The notes under the pieces were generated by a model. It did no database searches. It saw nothing but the letters and a program-made list of their open reading frames with translations, and was not told where the DNA came from. Shown here one piece after another: positions 49,418 through 59,199 of a DNA stretch of 64,000 bases; within the stretch, counting starts at the first letter, position 1, and each line of letters begins with the position of its first letter. Both the position numbers and the translations under genes were made by a program. The DNA comes from an uncultured Actinomycetota bacterium (GTDB lineage: Bacteria; Actinomycetota; Actinomycetes; JAFAQI01): positions 608,001 through 672,000 of the forward strand of contig CAVYQE010000002.1 in NCBI GenBank assembly GCA_963770565.1. The letters are read 5' to 3'.

Positions 49418-52021
49418 GTGCTGATCGAGCGAGAGGAGCACCTGGTCGCGCTGCGGCATGCCCATGACGAGGTACGCGGTGGCGAGGACGGGCGGCTCAT
49501 CCTCGTCGCCGGTGAGGCCGGTGCGGGCAAGAGCGCGCTGGTCCGTGCACTCGCCGAAGAACTGGATCCCGGCACTGCGGTCCTTATCGGCCGTTGCGAT
49601 GCCCTGTTTACGCCGGCGCCGCTCGGGCCGTTTCTCGACATCGTCAGCGAGCTCGGCAGCGAAGTGCAGGAACTCGTCGGCGGAGGCGGCCGGCCCCACG
49701 AGGTCACATCCGGGTTGCTCGAGGCACTTGCAGCGAGGCCGTCCGTCCTTGTTCTCGAGGACTTGCATTGGGCCGACGAGGCCAGCCTCGACGTCCTCCG
49801 GATGATGGCCCGCCGCCTCGGTGGGACACCGGTTCTTGTCGTGGCCACCTACCGCGAAGACGAGCTCGGCCCGACCCATCCGCTCCGGCTGATCCTCGGG
49901 GACCTGGCCACCCAGCCCGACGTGACCCGCCTCGCGGTAGGCCCACTGTCGCGCGACGGCGTCGCCCAGCTGGTCGGTGCTCGCGGGTTGGACGTCGACG
50001 AGCTGCATCGCCGCACCGGCGGCAACGCGTTCTTTGTGACCGAGGTCATCGATGCCGGCGCCGGGCCGGTCCCGCTGACCATTCGCGACACCGTCCTGGC
50101 CCGGGTAGCTCGCCTCGACGAACCGGCGCGGGCCGTGCTCGACGCGGTCGCCGTCGTACCGCGGGATTGCGAATACTGGCTGCTGGAGGCGGTCGTACCA
50201 GGCCTCCGCGGACTCGACGAATGCCTAGCGGCGGGCATCCTGTCCGACGCGGGCGAGTCGGTCCGGTTCCGGCACGAGCTCGCCCGAATCACCGTGCACG
50301 ACGCCGTGCCGCCGGTGCGCCGGCGCGCGTTGCATCAACTCGTGCTCGAAGCGTTGAGTGCGGCGCCGGCGCCAGATCCGGCCCGGCTGTCACACCACGC
50401 GCACGGGGCCGGCGATGCCCGCGCAACGTTGCGGTTCGCCCCGCAGGCGGCCGAGGCCGCGGCTCGGCACGGGTCGCACCGCGAGGCGGCCAGGCAGTAT
50501 GCCCGGGCGATCGACGTTGCCGTGGTCGAGGACCCGTCGCTGCTCGGCGATCTGTACGACGGCCGGGCGTACTCGTGCTACTTGACCGGGGACTTCCCCA
50601 GCGCGGTCGCCGCTCAACGGCAGGCAGTCGAGCACCACCGCGCGGCTGGCGACCGGCGGCGCCAGGGCGACGCGGCCCGCGTGCTGTCCCTGCTGGTTCG
50701 GTACGAAGGCGACCTCGACGCCGCCTGGCAGATCGGCTTCGAGGCGGTCGAGGTGCTGAAGGGATTGCCCGCGAGCCGCGAGGCCGCGCTCGCGTATGCC
50801 AACCTGTCGCATCTCGCGACCAACGCTGAGGACGCGGACGCCTCGCGATCGTGGGCCAGCAGGGCACTGGACGCCGCGGATCGCGCTGATGACGTCGAGG
50901 CGCACATCTACGCTGAGCTCAACCTGGCCAGCCTGGAAGCCCTCACGGGTGATCCGGCGGCATCGGGGCATCTCGAGGACCTGCTCGCGCGCGCGAAGCA
51001 GAACGAGTTGGAAGAGCAGGCCGGGCGCTGTTACGTGAGCCTGGTCTGGTGGTCCTTCCGCGGCCGCCGGTATGCCGAGGCCGACCGGTATGTCGAGGCC
51101 GGGCTCGCGTTCTGCGACGAGCGGGGTCTCGACTTGTGGCAGGCATATCTACTGGCCTACCAGGCCCGTTCGGCGCTCGACCGCGGGCGGTGGGATGACG
51201 CGGTCGCTTCTGCGACGACAATCCTGATGAACCCGCGGACCTCGCCGGTGCCACGGTCGTCGGCGCTCGCCGTTGTCGGGCTGGTGCGGGCGCGACGTGG
51301 TGAGCCCGACCCTTGGGCGCCGCTCGACGAGGCGTGGGAGTTGGTTCGTGAGTCGGGTGAACTCCAACGAATCGAGCCGGTCGCCCTTGCCCGAGCCGAA
51401 GCGCTGTGGCTCGCTGGACGGTCTGACGAGATTCATGCCGCGACCGGCCTCGCCCTCGGCCTGGCGGTCGACCGCGGTGTTCCGTGGATCGCGGGCGAGT
51501 TCATGCTTTGGCGCCGGCGAGCGGACGCAGCGACCGGCGGACCTGACGACCTTGCCGGAGACCTACCGGAGCCCTTCCGGAGCGAGCTCGACGGCGAGTG
51601 GCGGCGGGCGAGCGACCTGTGGCGAGATCTCGATGCGCCGTACGAGGCAGCGCTCGCCCTGGCGTCGTCCACTGGCGAAGCCGACCTCCGGCAGGCTCTT
51701 GACGAGCTCCGAACGCTCGGCGCCGAGGCCGCGACGGCGATCACGGTGCGGCGGATGCGTGAACTTGGGTTGCGCGGGCTCCCGCGCGGACCCTACGCGG
51801 CAACAAGGAACAACCCTGCCCAGCTCACAGCTCGCGAGATCGAAACCCTAGGGCTCCTCGCGACCGGGCTTCGCAACCAGGAGATCGCGACGTCGCTGTT
51901 CATTTCGCAGCGCACGGTCGACCACCATGTCGCGGCGATCCTGCGCAAGCTCGACGTCCGCAACCGCGAGGACGCGATCAAGAAGGCCGCGGACCTCGGC
52001 ATTCTCGCCGAGGGCGGATAG
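49418..52021 (+). CDS. LuxR-family regulator with N-terminal AAA/STAND ATPase (LAL/MalT-like)
   Basis: [37 protein letters not shown]-like helices, LTAREIETL...[13 protein letters not shown]. Confidence 0.92.
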   Translation: MLIEREEHLVALRHAHDEVRGGEDGRLILVAGEAGAGKSALVRALAEELDPGTAVLIGRCDALFTPAPLGPFLDIVSELGSEVQELVGGGGRPHEVTSGLLEALAARPSVLVLEDLHWADEASLDVLRMMARRLGGTPVLVVATYREDELGPTHPLRLILGDLATQPDVTRLAVGPLSRDGVAQLVGARGLDVDELHRRTGGNAFFVTEVIDAGAGPVPLTIRDTVLARVARLDEPARAVLDAVAVVPRDCEYWLLEAVVPGLRGLDECLAAGILSDAGESVRFRHELARITVHDAVPPVRRRALHQLVLEALSAAPAPDPARLSHHAHGAGDARATLRFAPQAAEAAARHGSHREAARQYARAIDVAVVEDPSLLGDLYDGRAYSCYLTGDFPSAVAAQRQAVEHHRAAGDRRRQGDAARVLSLLVRYEGDLDAAWQIGFEAVEVLKGLPASREAALAYANLSHLATNAEDADASRSWASRALDAADRADDVEAHIYAELNLASLEALTGDPAASGHLEDLLARAKQNELEEQAGRCYVSLVWWSFRGRRYAEADRYVEAGLAFCDERGLDLWQAYLLAYQARSALDRGRWDDAVASATTILMNPRTSPVPRSSALAVVGLVRARRGEPDPWAPLDEAWELVRESGELQRIEPVALARAEALWLAGRSDEIHAATGLALGLAVDRGVPWIAGEFMLWRRRADAATGGPDDLAGDLPEPFRSELDGEWRRASDLWRDLDAPYEAALALASSTGEADLRQALDELRTLGAEAATAITVRRMRELGLRGLPRGPYAATRNNPAQLTAREIETLGLLATGLRNQEIATSLFISQRTVDHHVAAILRKLDVRNREDAIKKAADLGILAEGG

Positions 52022-52159
52022 TCGCGATCACACCGCGACCAGCCCTCTCGGCCTGAGACCGAGAAGGCTGTTCGGGAAGTCAGGGTGGCCGGGTCCGACC
52101 GCGACCGCGGACCCGGCAACCCTGTTCGCGCTGCGATGTCGTTCAGCGCGGGCTTGCGG

Positions 52160-52450
52160 CTAGGCAGTGGCAGGGGCGTGTGCCTGCGCGCGACCGCGAA
52201 GCCTGGCGGCGAGCTGCGCGACCACAACGCCGACCAACATCGCAGCCACCGCGATCAGCAGAATCGCCCACGCACTGACTCCGGCGTTGGAAACGGTATG
52301 CACGACCGTCGGCGCTGAGTTGCCCGACGTGATGGCACGTCGAGCGCCCCGCGGCGGGAACGGGACATCCGCCAGAGCGATCTGGCTGGGCACCACGATC
52401 GCAGCGACCAACGTGGTCAGCAGAGCGGCTGCACGAGTGAAGCGAGACAT
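52160..52450 (-). CDS. Small membrane protein (signal peptide + C-terminal TM helix)
   Basis: MSRFTRAAALLTTLVAAIVVPSQIALA...GVSAWAILLIAVAAMLVGVVVA-RLRGR; GGAGG RBS. Confidence 0.7.
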   Translation of the reverse strand: MSRFTRAAALLTTLVAAIVVPSQIALADVPFPPRGARRAITSGNSAPTVVHTVSNAGVSAWAILLIAVAAMLVGVVVAQLAARLRGRAQAHAPATA

Positions 52451-52490
52451 TGCGAACCTCCGAGATAAGGGCAAACTTGCGGGCAGTCGA

Positions 52491-52562
52491 AAGCTAAGTC
52501 GCCCGCCCATGCGCCCACATCGGTGATGGCTACCTACATTTGCCGGGCCCTTACCCAGATCT
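52491..52562 (-). promoter_or_regulatory. Putative activator-dependent promoter, copy B
   Basis: AGATCTGGGTA-N10-AAATGTAGGTA-N7-CCGATG-N21-TAGCTT; spacing identical to copy A. Confidence 0.65.
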
Positions 52563-52665
52563 CCGCCACGGCGCTAGCGGTCCACCATCGTGGCTCTCGC
52601 AGCAACCCACGGGTTGCGGTATGCCCGACACCGCTGCTCAGCAGTCGACCTTCACACCGAATCTG

Positions 52666-52738
52666 CGCGCTCGGAGGGATTCGAACCCCCAACCTCTTGA
52701 TCCGTAGTCAAGTGCTCTATCCGTTGAGCTACGAGCGC
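52666..52738 (-). tRNA. tRNA-Arg(ACG)
   Basis: GCGCTCGTAGCTCAACGGATAGAGCACTTGACTACGGATCAAGAGGTTGGGGGTTCGAATCCCTCCGAGCGCG; complete cloverleaf, anticodon ACG. Confidence 0.97.
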
Positions 52739-53086
52739 TGGGTGCCGACGTACCAGCCGCCGGACAACGAGCCAGGCTACCGGACTGAGTGCCGGTGTGG
52801 CCGAGCCTCAGCGCCGCTCGCTTCGGCGCCGGTCGCTGACCCCTGACTGACTCGCCGAACAGATCCGGCCGGGCGGTGTCGCGACACCCCGCTGATGATC
52901 CTCAACCTGCGCTGTAGGTCGCGACCGTGATCGGATCGCCGACCTCCCGGCCACGTAGGGTGGCGAAGAAAACCTTTGCAGATCAAGAAAAAACTTGGTG
53001 TTGCTCTTTCAACACAACCAAACACCCCCTACTGTCGTCTGACTAGGCGTACGCACTTCCCCCTTCCGTTCCGACGAAAGCCTGAT

Positions 53087-54202
53087 ATGCCGCGCAACGA
53101 GTTCAACTGGACTCCGGCTGGCCGCTCCAAGGGCCGCGACCTCACCCGTCGCGGCCTGCTTGGTGCCGCCGCCGTGATCACTGGCGCCGGCATCGCCGAC
53201 TTCCTGCACCGCTCGGCCACGCACAGCCCGGCGAAGGTGGCCGGCAACACCTCGCCGCAGCTCACCACGCACACCGTGACCGGCAACGAGCCCCGCGTCG
53301 TACCGAGCAAGCTGTCGCGCTCGCACGCGGCGCCGACGCCCACGAGCCACGGCGACCCGCCCGCGCACCACGGCCATGGCCACCACGGCGGCACGGTCCC
53401 CGACACGCACGGGCGGCCGGGCGAGATCGACCACCTGCGCACGCTCGATCGAGTTCAACTGCCACCGGCGAAGACCCGGGTGCGCACCAAGCCGGTTTTC
53501 TACATCGATGACCTGATCCACGACGCGCCCAAGCACGCGATCGCGCTCACGGTCGATGATGGCCCCGACCCCGAATACACCCCGAAGGTGCTCCGGCTGC
53601 TCGACAAGTACCGGATGCAGGCCTCGTTCTGCGTCGTCGGCGCGCACGCCGAGGCCTACCCCAAGCTGATTCGAGACATTCACCGGGCCGGTCATGTAAT
53701 CGTCAACCACACCTTTACCCATGTGCAGCCGTTCAACCGGCAGTCCGAGAGCCGGATCGTCGGCGAGATCACCCGGACTCAGCGCACGCTCGAGAAGGTC
53801 GCCAAGGTCACGCCGCAGCTGTTCCGCGCCCCGGGTGGCGCCTGGTCGCCGTTCATCTTCAAGGCGGTCGCGGCGTACGACCTGATCCCGCTCGACTGGG
53901 ACGTCGACCCGGTCGACTGGTCGCTGCCGGGCACCCGCAAGATCGAGCGCGCCATGCTCCGAGGCCGGCCGAACGACATCGTGCTCTGCCACGACGGCGG
54001 CGGCAACCGCACCGAGACCGTCCGCGCGCTCCGCCACGTCTTGCCCGAGTGGAAGCACCGCGGCTACATCACGATTCCGCTCATCGTGCCGTCGAAGGAT
54101 CTCAACAACCCGCCGCCATCATCACCGCCGCCCACCCAGAGCCCGATCGTCACACCGTCGACGAACCCCTCCGACACCACCGGCGCCACACCGAGTCCGT
54201 AA
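53087..54202 (+). CDS. Polysaccharide deacetylase (CE4/NodB) with Tat-like leader and His-rich linker
   Basis: LTRRGLLG; HHGHGHHG; ALTVDDGP, NHTFTH, FRAPGG, DPVDW, VLCHDGGG. Confidence 0.9.
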   Translation: MPRNEFNWTPAGRSKGRDLTRRGLLGAAAVITGAGIADFLHRSATHSPAKVAGNTSPQLTTHTVTGNEPRVVPSKLSRSHAAPTPTSHGDPPAHHGHGHHGGTVPDTHGRPGEIDHLRTLDRVQLPPAKTRVRTKPVFYIDDLIHDAPKHAIALTVDDGPDPEYTPKVLRLLDKYRMQASFCVVGAHAEAYPKLIRDIHRAGHVIVNHTFTHVQPFNRQSESRIVGEITRTQRTLEKVAKVTPQLFRAPGGAWSPFIFKAVAAYDLIPLDWDVDPVDWSLPGTRKIERAMLRGRPNDIVLCHDGGGNRTETVRALRHVLPEWKHRGYITIPLIVPSKDLNNPPPSSPPPTQSPIVTPSTNPSDTTGATPSP

Positions 54203-54212
54203 CCTTCCGCCT

Positions 54213-56816
54213 GTGGCGGCGGACAGCGACTCCGGCTTCAAGCCGCTTCACGACGATGTCCGCCGCCTCGGTGCTTTGCTCGGCCAGGTCGTCAGCGAGT
54301 TCGGCGGGCCCGATCTGTACGACGACGTCGAACGGCTCCGACGCGCGACCCGCGACGTCCGCCGCGACACCCCCGGCGCGATCGACCCGCAACAGCTCGT
54401 CGACGACCTCGACCTGGCCCAGGCCGAGCGGGTGGCCCGCGCCTTCACGGTCTTGTTCCACCTGGTCAACCTGGCTGAGGAGCGGCACCGGGTCAGGGTC
54501 CTGCGCAGCCGCGACCGCATCACCCTCGCGCCGGCCCGCGACTCGCTCGCCGGGGCGGTCGCTGAGCTGACCCCGGACGTCTCCGCGGAAGCGCTCTTGG
54601 GCGTCGAGGTCCACCCGGTGCTGACCGCGCACCCGACCGAGGCCCGCCGCCGGGCCGTCGTTACCGCGCTGCACCGGATCGCCGCGGAGCTCGACCGCTT
54701 CGACGACCCGCGGCTCGGCGACAGCGAGCGAGCCGACGCCGACCGCCGGGTCCGCGAGGAGATCTCCACCCTCTGGCGGACCGCCCTGATCCGGTCAACC
54801 CGGCTTGACCCGCTCGATGAGGTCCGGGCCACGATGGCGGTCTTCGACGAGACGCTCTTCCGGCTCGCGCCGAGCCTCTACCGCGCGACCGCGCGGGCGT
54901 TGGGTGGCGACGGCACCGCGCCACCGCGCACCCCGGCGTACCTCGTCCTCGGCTCCTGGGTCGGCGGCGACCGCGACGGCAACCCGCACGTCACGGCCGA
55001 GGTGACCCGCCAGGCGGTCGAGATCCAGGCCGACCACGTCCTGCGGGCGTTGGAGAACGCCGCAGATCGGATCGGGCGCAGCCTCAGCCAGGCCGCCGAC
55101 ATGACCCCGCCAAGTCCGGCCCTCGCGGCCGCGCTCGACGACGACGCGAGGGCGCACCCCAAGGCCACCGCCGGGGTGGCCAGGGCGGCGGGCGGCCAGC
55201 CGCACCGGCAGAAGGTGCTGTTCGCCGCGGCCCGGATCCGCGCGACCCGGTTGCGCGACGTCGACCTCGCCTATCGTTCGCCCGCCGAACTGCTCGACGA
55301 CCTCAGGCTCGTACAGGCCTCGCTCGACGCCGCGGGCGCGAGCCGCAGCGCGTACGGCGAGCTGCAGAATCTCACTTGGCAGGTGGAAACGTTCGGGTTC
55401 CACCTCGCCGAGCTCGAGATTCGCCAGCACAGTGAGGTGCACGCGGCCGCGCTGCGCGACCTCGACGCGCACGGTGGCGAACCGGCCGAGGACATGACCC
55501 GCGAGGTGCTCGAGACGCTGCGCGCAATGGCAGCGCTGCAGGAGCGCTGGGGCGAGCGCGCCTGCCACCGTTACGTCGTCAGCTTCTGCGCCTCCGCCGC
55601 CGACATCGAGGCTGTCCCGCGGCTCGCCAGGCACGCGCTCGGGGAGCGCGTCGACCGGCTCGCGCTCACCGTCGTACCGCTGTTCGAGACCGGCGAGGAC
55701 CTGCGGCGCTGCACCAGCATCCTCGATGAATGGGTCGCCGCGAACGGCCGGCCCGAGCAGCTGGAGGTGATGCTCGGCTACTCCGACTCCGCCAAGGACG
55801 TCGGGCCGCTGTCGGCGAACCTCCTGCTGTACGACGCGCAAGCACGGCTCGCCGACTGGGCCCGGCAGCACGGCGTCGCGCTCACGCTCTTCCATGGCCG
55901 CGGCGGCTCACTTGGGCGCGGCGGTGGGCCGGTCAACCGTGCGATCCTGGCCCAGCCGCCGGGCAGCGTGGCCGGCCGGTTCAAGGTGACAGAGCAGGGT
56001 GAGGTCGTCTTCGCCCGATACGGCAACCCGCGGATCGCCGAGCGCCACCTCGAACAGGTGACGGCCGCGGTCCTGCTCGCCGACACTCCGGCGGTCAGCG
56101 CGGCAATCTCTCGGGCCGCGGTCCGGTTTGCCGACCTCGGGCGGGTGATGGAGGAAGCCAGCCGGCTCGCATACCGCGACCTGGTCGAAACCGACGGCTT
56201 CGCCGACTTCTTCGCCCGGGTCAGTCCGCTCGAGGAGCTCTCCGATCTTGCGCTTGGCTCGCGTCCGGCCCGTCGCGGCGGCGGCTCATCGGGCCGGGGT
56301 CGCACGCTCGCCGACCTGCGGGCGATCCCGTGGGTGTTCGCCTGGTCGCAGACCCGCTGCAACCTGACCGGCTGGTACGGCCTCGGCAGCGGGCTCGCGG
56401 CCGCTCCTGACGTCGACGAGTTGCAGACGGCGTACCGGGAATGGCCGCTGTTCACCGCGCTGATCGACAACGTCGAGATGTCGCTCGCGAAGACCGACCG
56501 GGTCGTCGCCGAGCGCTACCTCGCCCTCGGCGACCGGCCCGACCTCACCGCGCGGATCCTCGCCGAGCTCGACCGCACGACCGACCTGGTGCTGACCGTG
56601 CTCGGCACCGGCCGGCTGCTCGAACGCCGGCACATCTTGGCGGCGGCGGTCGACCTGCGCAACCCGTACGTCGACGCGCTCTCGCACCTCCAGCTGCGCG
56701 CGCTCCGCGCGCTACGCGGCCATGACTACGCCGACGCGGGCGAGGAGGAGCGGCTGCGCAAGCTGCTTCTGCTCAGCGTCAACGGCGTCGCGGCCGGCCT
56801 GCAGAACACCGGCTAA
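54213..56816 (+). CDS. ppc: Phosphoenolpyruvate carboxylase
   Basis: VLTAHPTE, SWVGGDRDGNP, PLFET, VMLGYSDSAKD, FHGRGGSLGRGGGP, LRAIPWVF, GLQNTG. Confidence 0.97.
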   Translation: MAADSDSGFKPLHDDVRRLGALLGQVVSEFGGPDLYDDVERLRRATRDVRRDTPGAIDPQQLVDDLDLAQAERVARAFTVLFHLVNLAEERHRVRVLRSRDRITLAPARDSLAGAVAELTPDVSAEALLGVEVHPVLTAHPTEARRRAVVTALHRIAAELDRFDDPRLGDSERADADRRVREEISTLWRTALIRSTRLDPLDEVRATMAVFDETLFRLAPSLYRATARALGGDGTAPPRTPAYLVLGSWVGGDRDGNPHVTAEVTRQAVEIQADHVLRALENAADRIGRSLSQAADMTPPSPALAAALDDDARAHPKATAGVARAAGGQPHRQKVLFAAARIRATRLRDVDLAYRSPAELLDDLRLVQASLDAAGASRSAYGELQNLTWQVETFGFHLAELEIRQHSEVHAAALRDLDAHGGEPAEDMTREVLETLRAMAALQERWGERACHRYVVSFCASAADIEAVPRLARHALGERVDRLALTVVPLFETGEDLRRCTSILDEWVAANGRPEQLEVMLGYSDSAKDVGPLSANLLLYDAQARLADWARQHGVALTLFHGRGGSLGRGGGPVNRAILAQPPGSVAGRFKVTEQGEVVFARYGNPRIAERHLEQVTAAVLLADTPAVSAAISRAAVRFADLGRVMEEASRLAYRDLVETDGFADFFARVSPLEELSDLALGSRPARRGGGSSGRGRTLADLRAIPWVFAWSQTRCNLTGWYGLGSGLAAAPDVDELQTAYREWPLFTALIDNVEMSLAKTDRVVAERYLALGDRPDLTARILAELDRTTDLVLTVLGTGRLLERRHILAAAVDLRNPYVDALSHLQLRALRALRGHDYADAGEEERLRKLLLLSVNGVAAGLQNTG

Positions 56817-56860
56817 GGGCGGCATCCAACCCGACCGGCCCATCGGGCTGGCGCCGTACC

Positions 56861-56941
56861 AAGCAATGTCACATTGCCCCGGGAAACCCGGGGGCAATGT
56901 GACACCACCCCCTCAAAGTGCAGGGCAATGTCACATTGCTT
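56861..56941. repeat. 81-bp triple-palindrome dispersed element, copy 3 (opposite orientation to copy 1)
   Basis: (CC)AAGCAATGTCACATTGC...GCAATGTGACACCAC...GCAATGTCACATTGCTT(GG); between convergent genes. Confidence 0.9.
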
Positions 56942-56946
56942 GGCTG

Positions 56947-58176
56947 CTAGCAGGCGGGGACGCGGGGCAGGGCGTCGGGCCGGCGCAGGGTGGCAACGCC
57001 ATACCGCACCAGCGGGGCCGAGACCTTGTGCCACGAGCTACCGCCGAGGTTTTCGGCGAGCGGCACAAAGGGGGTCGGGTGCGCCACACCGCACTCACCG
57101 TTGCGCGACCACTGACCCACGGCCGCGCCGCCAGCACTCGACACGCTGATCGCGTTCAGCTGCGAGTCATGGCCCGGCGAGGCCGCGTGCCCGTTTCGCC
57201 ACTTTCCGCCGCTGTAGACCAGGACGTACGCCGAGCTCACGGTGCCCGTCTTCGCGCTGCTAGTGCCGGCGAGGTAGGCATGAGAGCCGGATGCCGACAG
57301 GGCCGAGGTCTGCGCGTAATAGCCCGGCGAGGCGACCTTGACCCGTGACCACTTCTTGCCGTTCCAGTGCTCGGTGAACGGCTGGGGGTGCAGGGTCGTC
57401 GTGCCCACCGAGATCGATCCGGCCACCCAGGTGTTCTTCGAGGAGGTGGTCGCGATCCGGTTGACCGACGCGCCGGACGGCAGCGTGAGCTGCATCACCT
57501 TGAACTTGTGACCGTTCCAGAACGTGACCACAACGCCCTTGACGTCAGTGCCGAGGATCCACACGTTCTTCGCGCTCGAGGTGCTGACCGCGCTGTCGTT
57601 GAACCCGGTCTGCTTGGTGTCCTTCAGCACAGCCCACTTGTGACCGTTCCAGTGCGCGATCAACGGGGTCGACGTTGGCAGCCCGTCACCGACCGCCCAG
57701 GCATTCGACGCCGACGAGGCCGACACCGAGAGGAACTGGCCCTGCCCGATCGAGGTCTTCTCCGGCTTGAAGCCGCCGCCCGTGGAGTGCTCGATCAGGG
57801 TCGTGTCCGATGTACCGCCGAAGACGTCGCCGACGATCCAGGCCGAATGCGGCGATCCGGCCGCGACGTCGAACAGCTGGTCGCTCGTGACAGGGCTCGG
57901 CAGCTTCACGGTCACCTTCGACCAGTGCGAGCCGGATCGGCGCAGCGCGTACGGCGTCGACCCCGCGTTGGTCGACTGCATGCCAAGGGCGAACGCAGTG
58001 GTGGAGTGCGGCGCGACCGACACCGCGCTCAGCGATGCGGTCGTTATCTTGGCATTCGAGTGGGCCGCCGGGTGGCGGGTGGCACCGGACGCCGCGGAGC
58101 CGCTAGCGACCGCAGCCACGACGAGGCCTGACGCGATCGAAACGAGGGCAGCCCGACGGGCCAGCGAAGTCAGCAT
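56947..58176 (-). CDS. Secreted repeat (probable beta-propeller) protein
   Basis: Signal peptide; about seven repeats of SxVSxxSxxNxWxxG...HWNGxKW. Confidence 0.8.
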   Translation of the reverse strand: MLTSLARRAALVSIASGLVVAAVASGSAASGATRHPAAHSNAKITTASLSAVSVAPHSTTAFALGMQSTNAGSTPYALRRSGSHWSKVTVKLPSPVTSDQLFDVAAGSPHSAWIVGDVFGGTSDTTLIEHSTGGGFKPEKTSIGQGQFLSVSASSASNAWAVGDGLPTSTPLIAHWNGHKWAVLKDTKQTGFNDSAVSTSSAKNVWILGTDVKGVVVTFWNGHKFKVMQLTLPSGASVNRIATTSSKNTWVAGSISVGTTTLHPQPFTEHWNGKKWSRVKVASPGYYAQTSALSASGSHAYLAGTSSAKTGTVSSAYVLVYSGGKWRNGHAASPGHDSQLNAISVSSAGGAAVGQWSRNGECGVAHPTPFVPLAENLGGSSWHKVSAPLVRYGVATLRRPDALPRVPAC

Positions 58177-58283
58177 GCGGAGGACCCTAGTGCAACGCTT
58201 AGCGGCCCTGCAGGCGATCCGCCAGACCAGCCCGAATCACCACTCCGCACCGACCTCATGCAGCGTGAAACGTGCCGCGTGGG

Positions 58284-58306
58284 CCAAGCAATGTCACATT
58301 GCTTGG
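58284..58306. repeat. Single-core form of the triple-palindrome element
   Basis: CCAAGCAATGTCACATTGCTTGG, 16 nt downstream of the tRNA-Ser 3' fragment. Confidence 0.85.
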
Positions 58307-58322
58307 GCGACGGGGTGGGGCG

Positions 58323-58383
58323 TGGCCGAGGCTCCGGGATTTGAACCCGGGATGGGCGCGAACCCAAACCGCATTAGCAGTGC
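58323..58383 (-). other. 3' fragment of tRNA-Ser(GCT): probable att junction
   Basis: GCACTGCTAATGCGGTTTGGGTTCGCGCCCATCCCGGGTTCAAATCCCGGAGCCTCGGCCA has anticodon loop, long variable arm, T-arm and CCA, but no D-arm or 5' acceptor strand upstream. Confidence 0.85.
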
Positions 58384-59199
58384 TCCGTGAAGCTGTCCGT
58401 AGGTGGCCGCCGATGACCACCGATGACCGGCCTGGAAAGCGTTGATGCAGGTCAGGGCCTTGCGCCGGCCCGCGACGCACTTTGGCGGACAATCGCGGAC
58501 GCCGCAACGTTGTGCGAGAACTGCAACTGAAACTGCAACTGGTGGCAACCGAGACAGTGACCCAGGCGACGACGCCGGATGTGCGTCTGACAGCCCTCTC
58601 GTGGGTGAGGATCGAACCCATCGAGCAGGCCCAGGCTAAAGAGTGCCCGTGAACCCGCGCGGGCAGGCTCCTGACCTGCAACTTCACCGCAGAAGGCAGG
58701 ATTTGAGCGTGGCTTCCTTACCGACCTGAACCGTGGCGAACATTTCCTGGCAGACGCTGATGCCCTGTGCATCGAAATCACAATGGAGGTGCGGCGGCTC
58801 AGAACGGCACGCCCGCTCGGTGCGCGGTACGTACGCCGGAGGCTGCGGCGGCCAGCCATCGCTGGACGCCGCGGCGGAGTCCACGAACCCAGAACATGCC
58901 CCCGGGCGCTGGTGGGGCGCTCATGCGAGAGACGAGGTCGAGCATCAGAGGCGGCCTTTGTCGAAGCGGTCGGGGTCCGATGTGCCGGCCGCCTCGCTGA
59001 CTCAGCGAGGGACCGCGACAGCCCAACAGTGCGAGTCGTTGACCGCGAGGAGCTCGACTCCGAGCAGGCTTGAACGCCAGACGGCGCTGCTTCCGCTCCC
59101 GCTCCGAGGCCGATGCATCCATCAAGTCCAGCAGATGCCGGTCAGATCAGCAACCGGTTGGGACGCCCGCAGCCGCGTCCTAACCCGCCCGGTCTCGCC

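Noticed and set aside
46400-52665. Second island integrated at the 3' end of tRNA-Arg
   Set aside because: No duplicated tRNA-Arg 3' end or integrase found by eye; only accessory-looking gene content.
58323-58410. Complete tRNA-Ser gene
   Set aside because: No D-arm or complementary 5' acceptor strand upstream of the anticodon stem.
58690-59190. Short ORFs inside the island end
   Set aside because: No motif or consistent codon bias in any frame; probably degenerate sequence.
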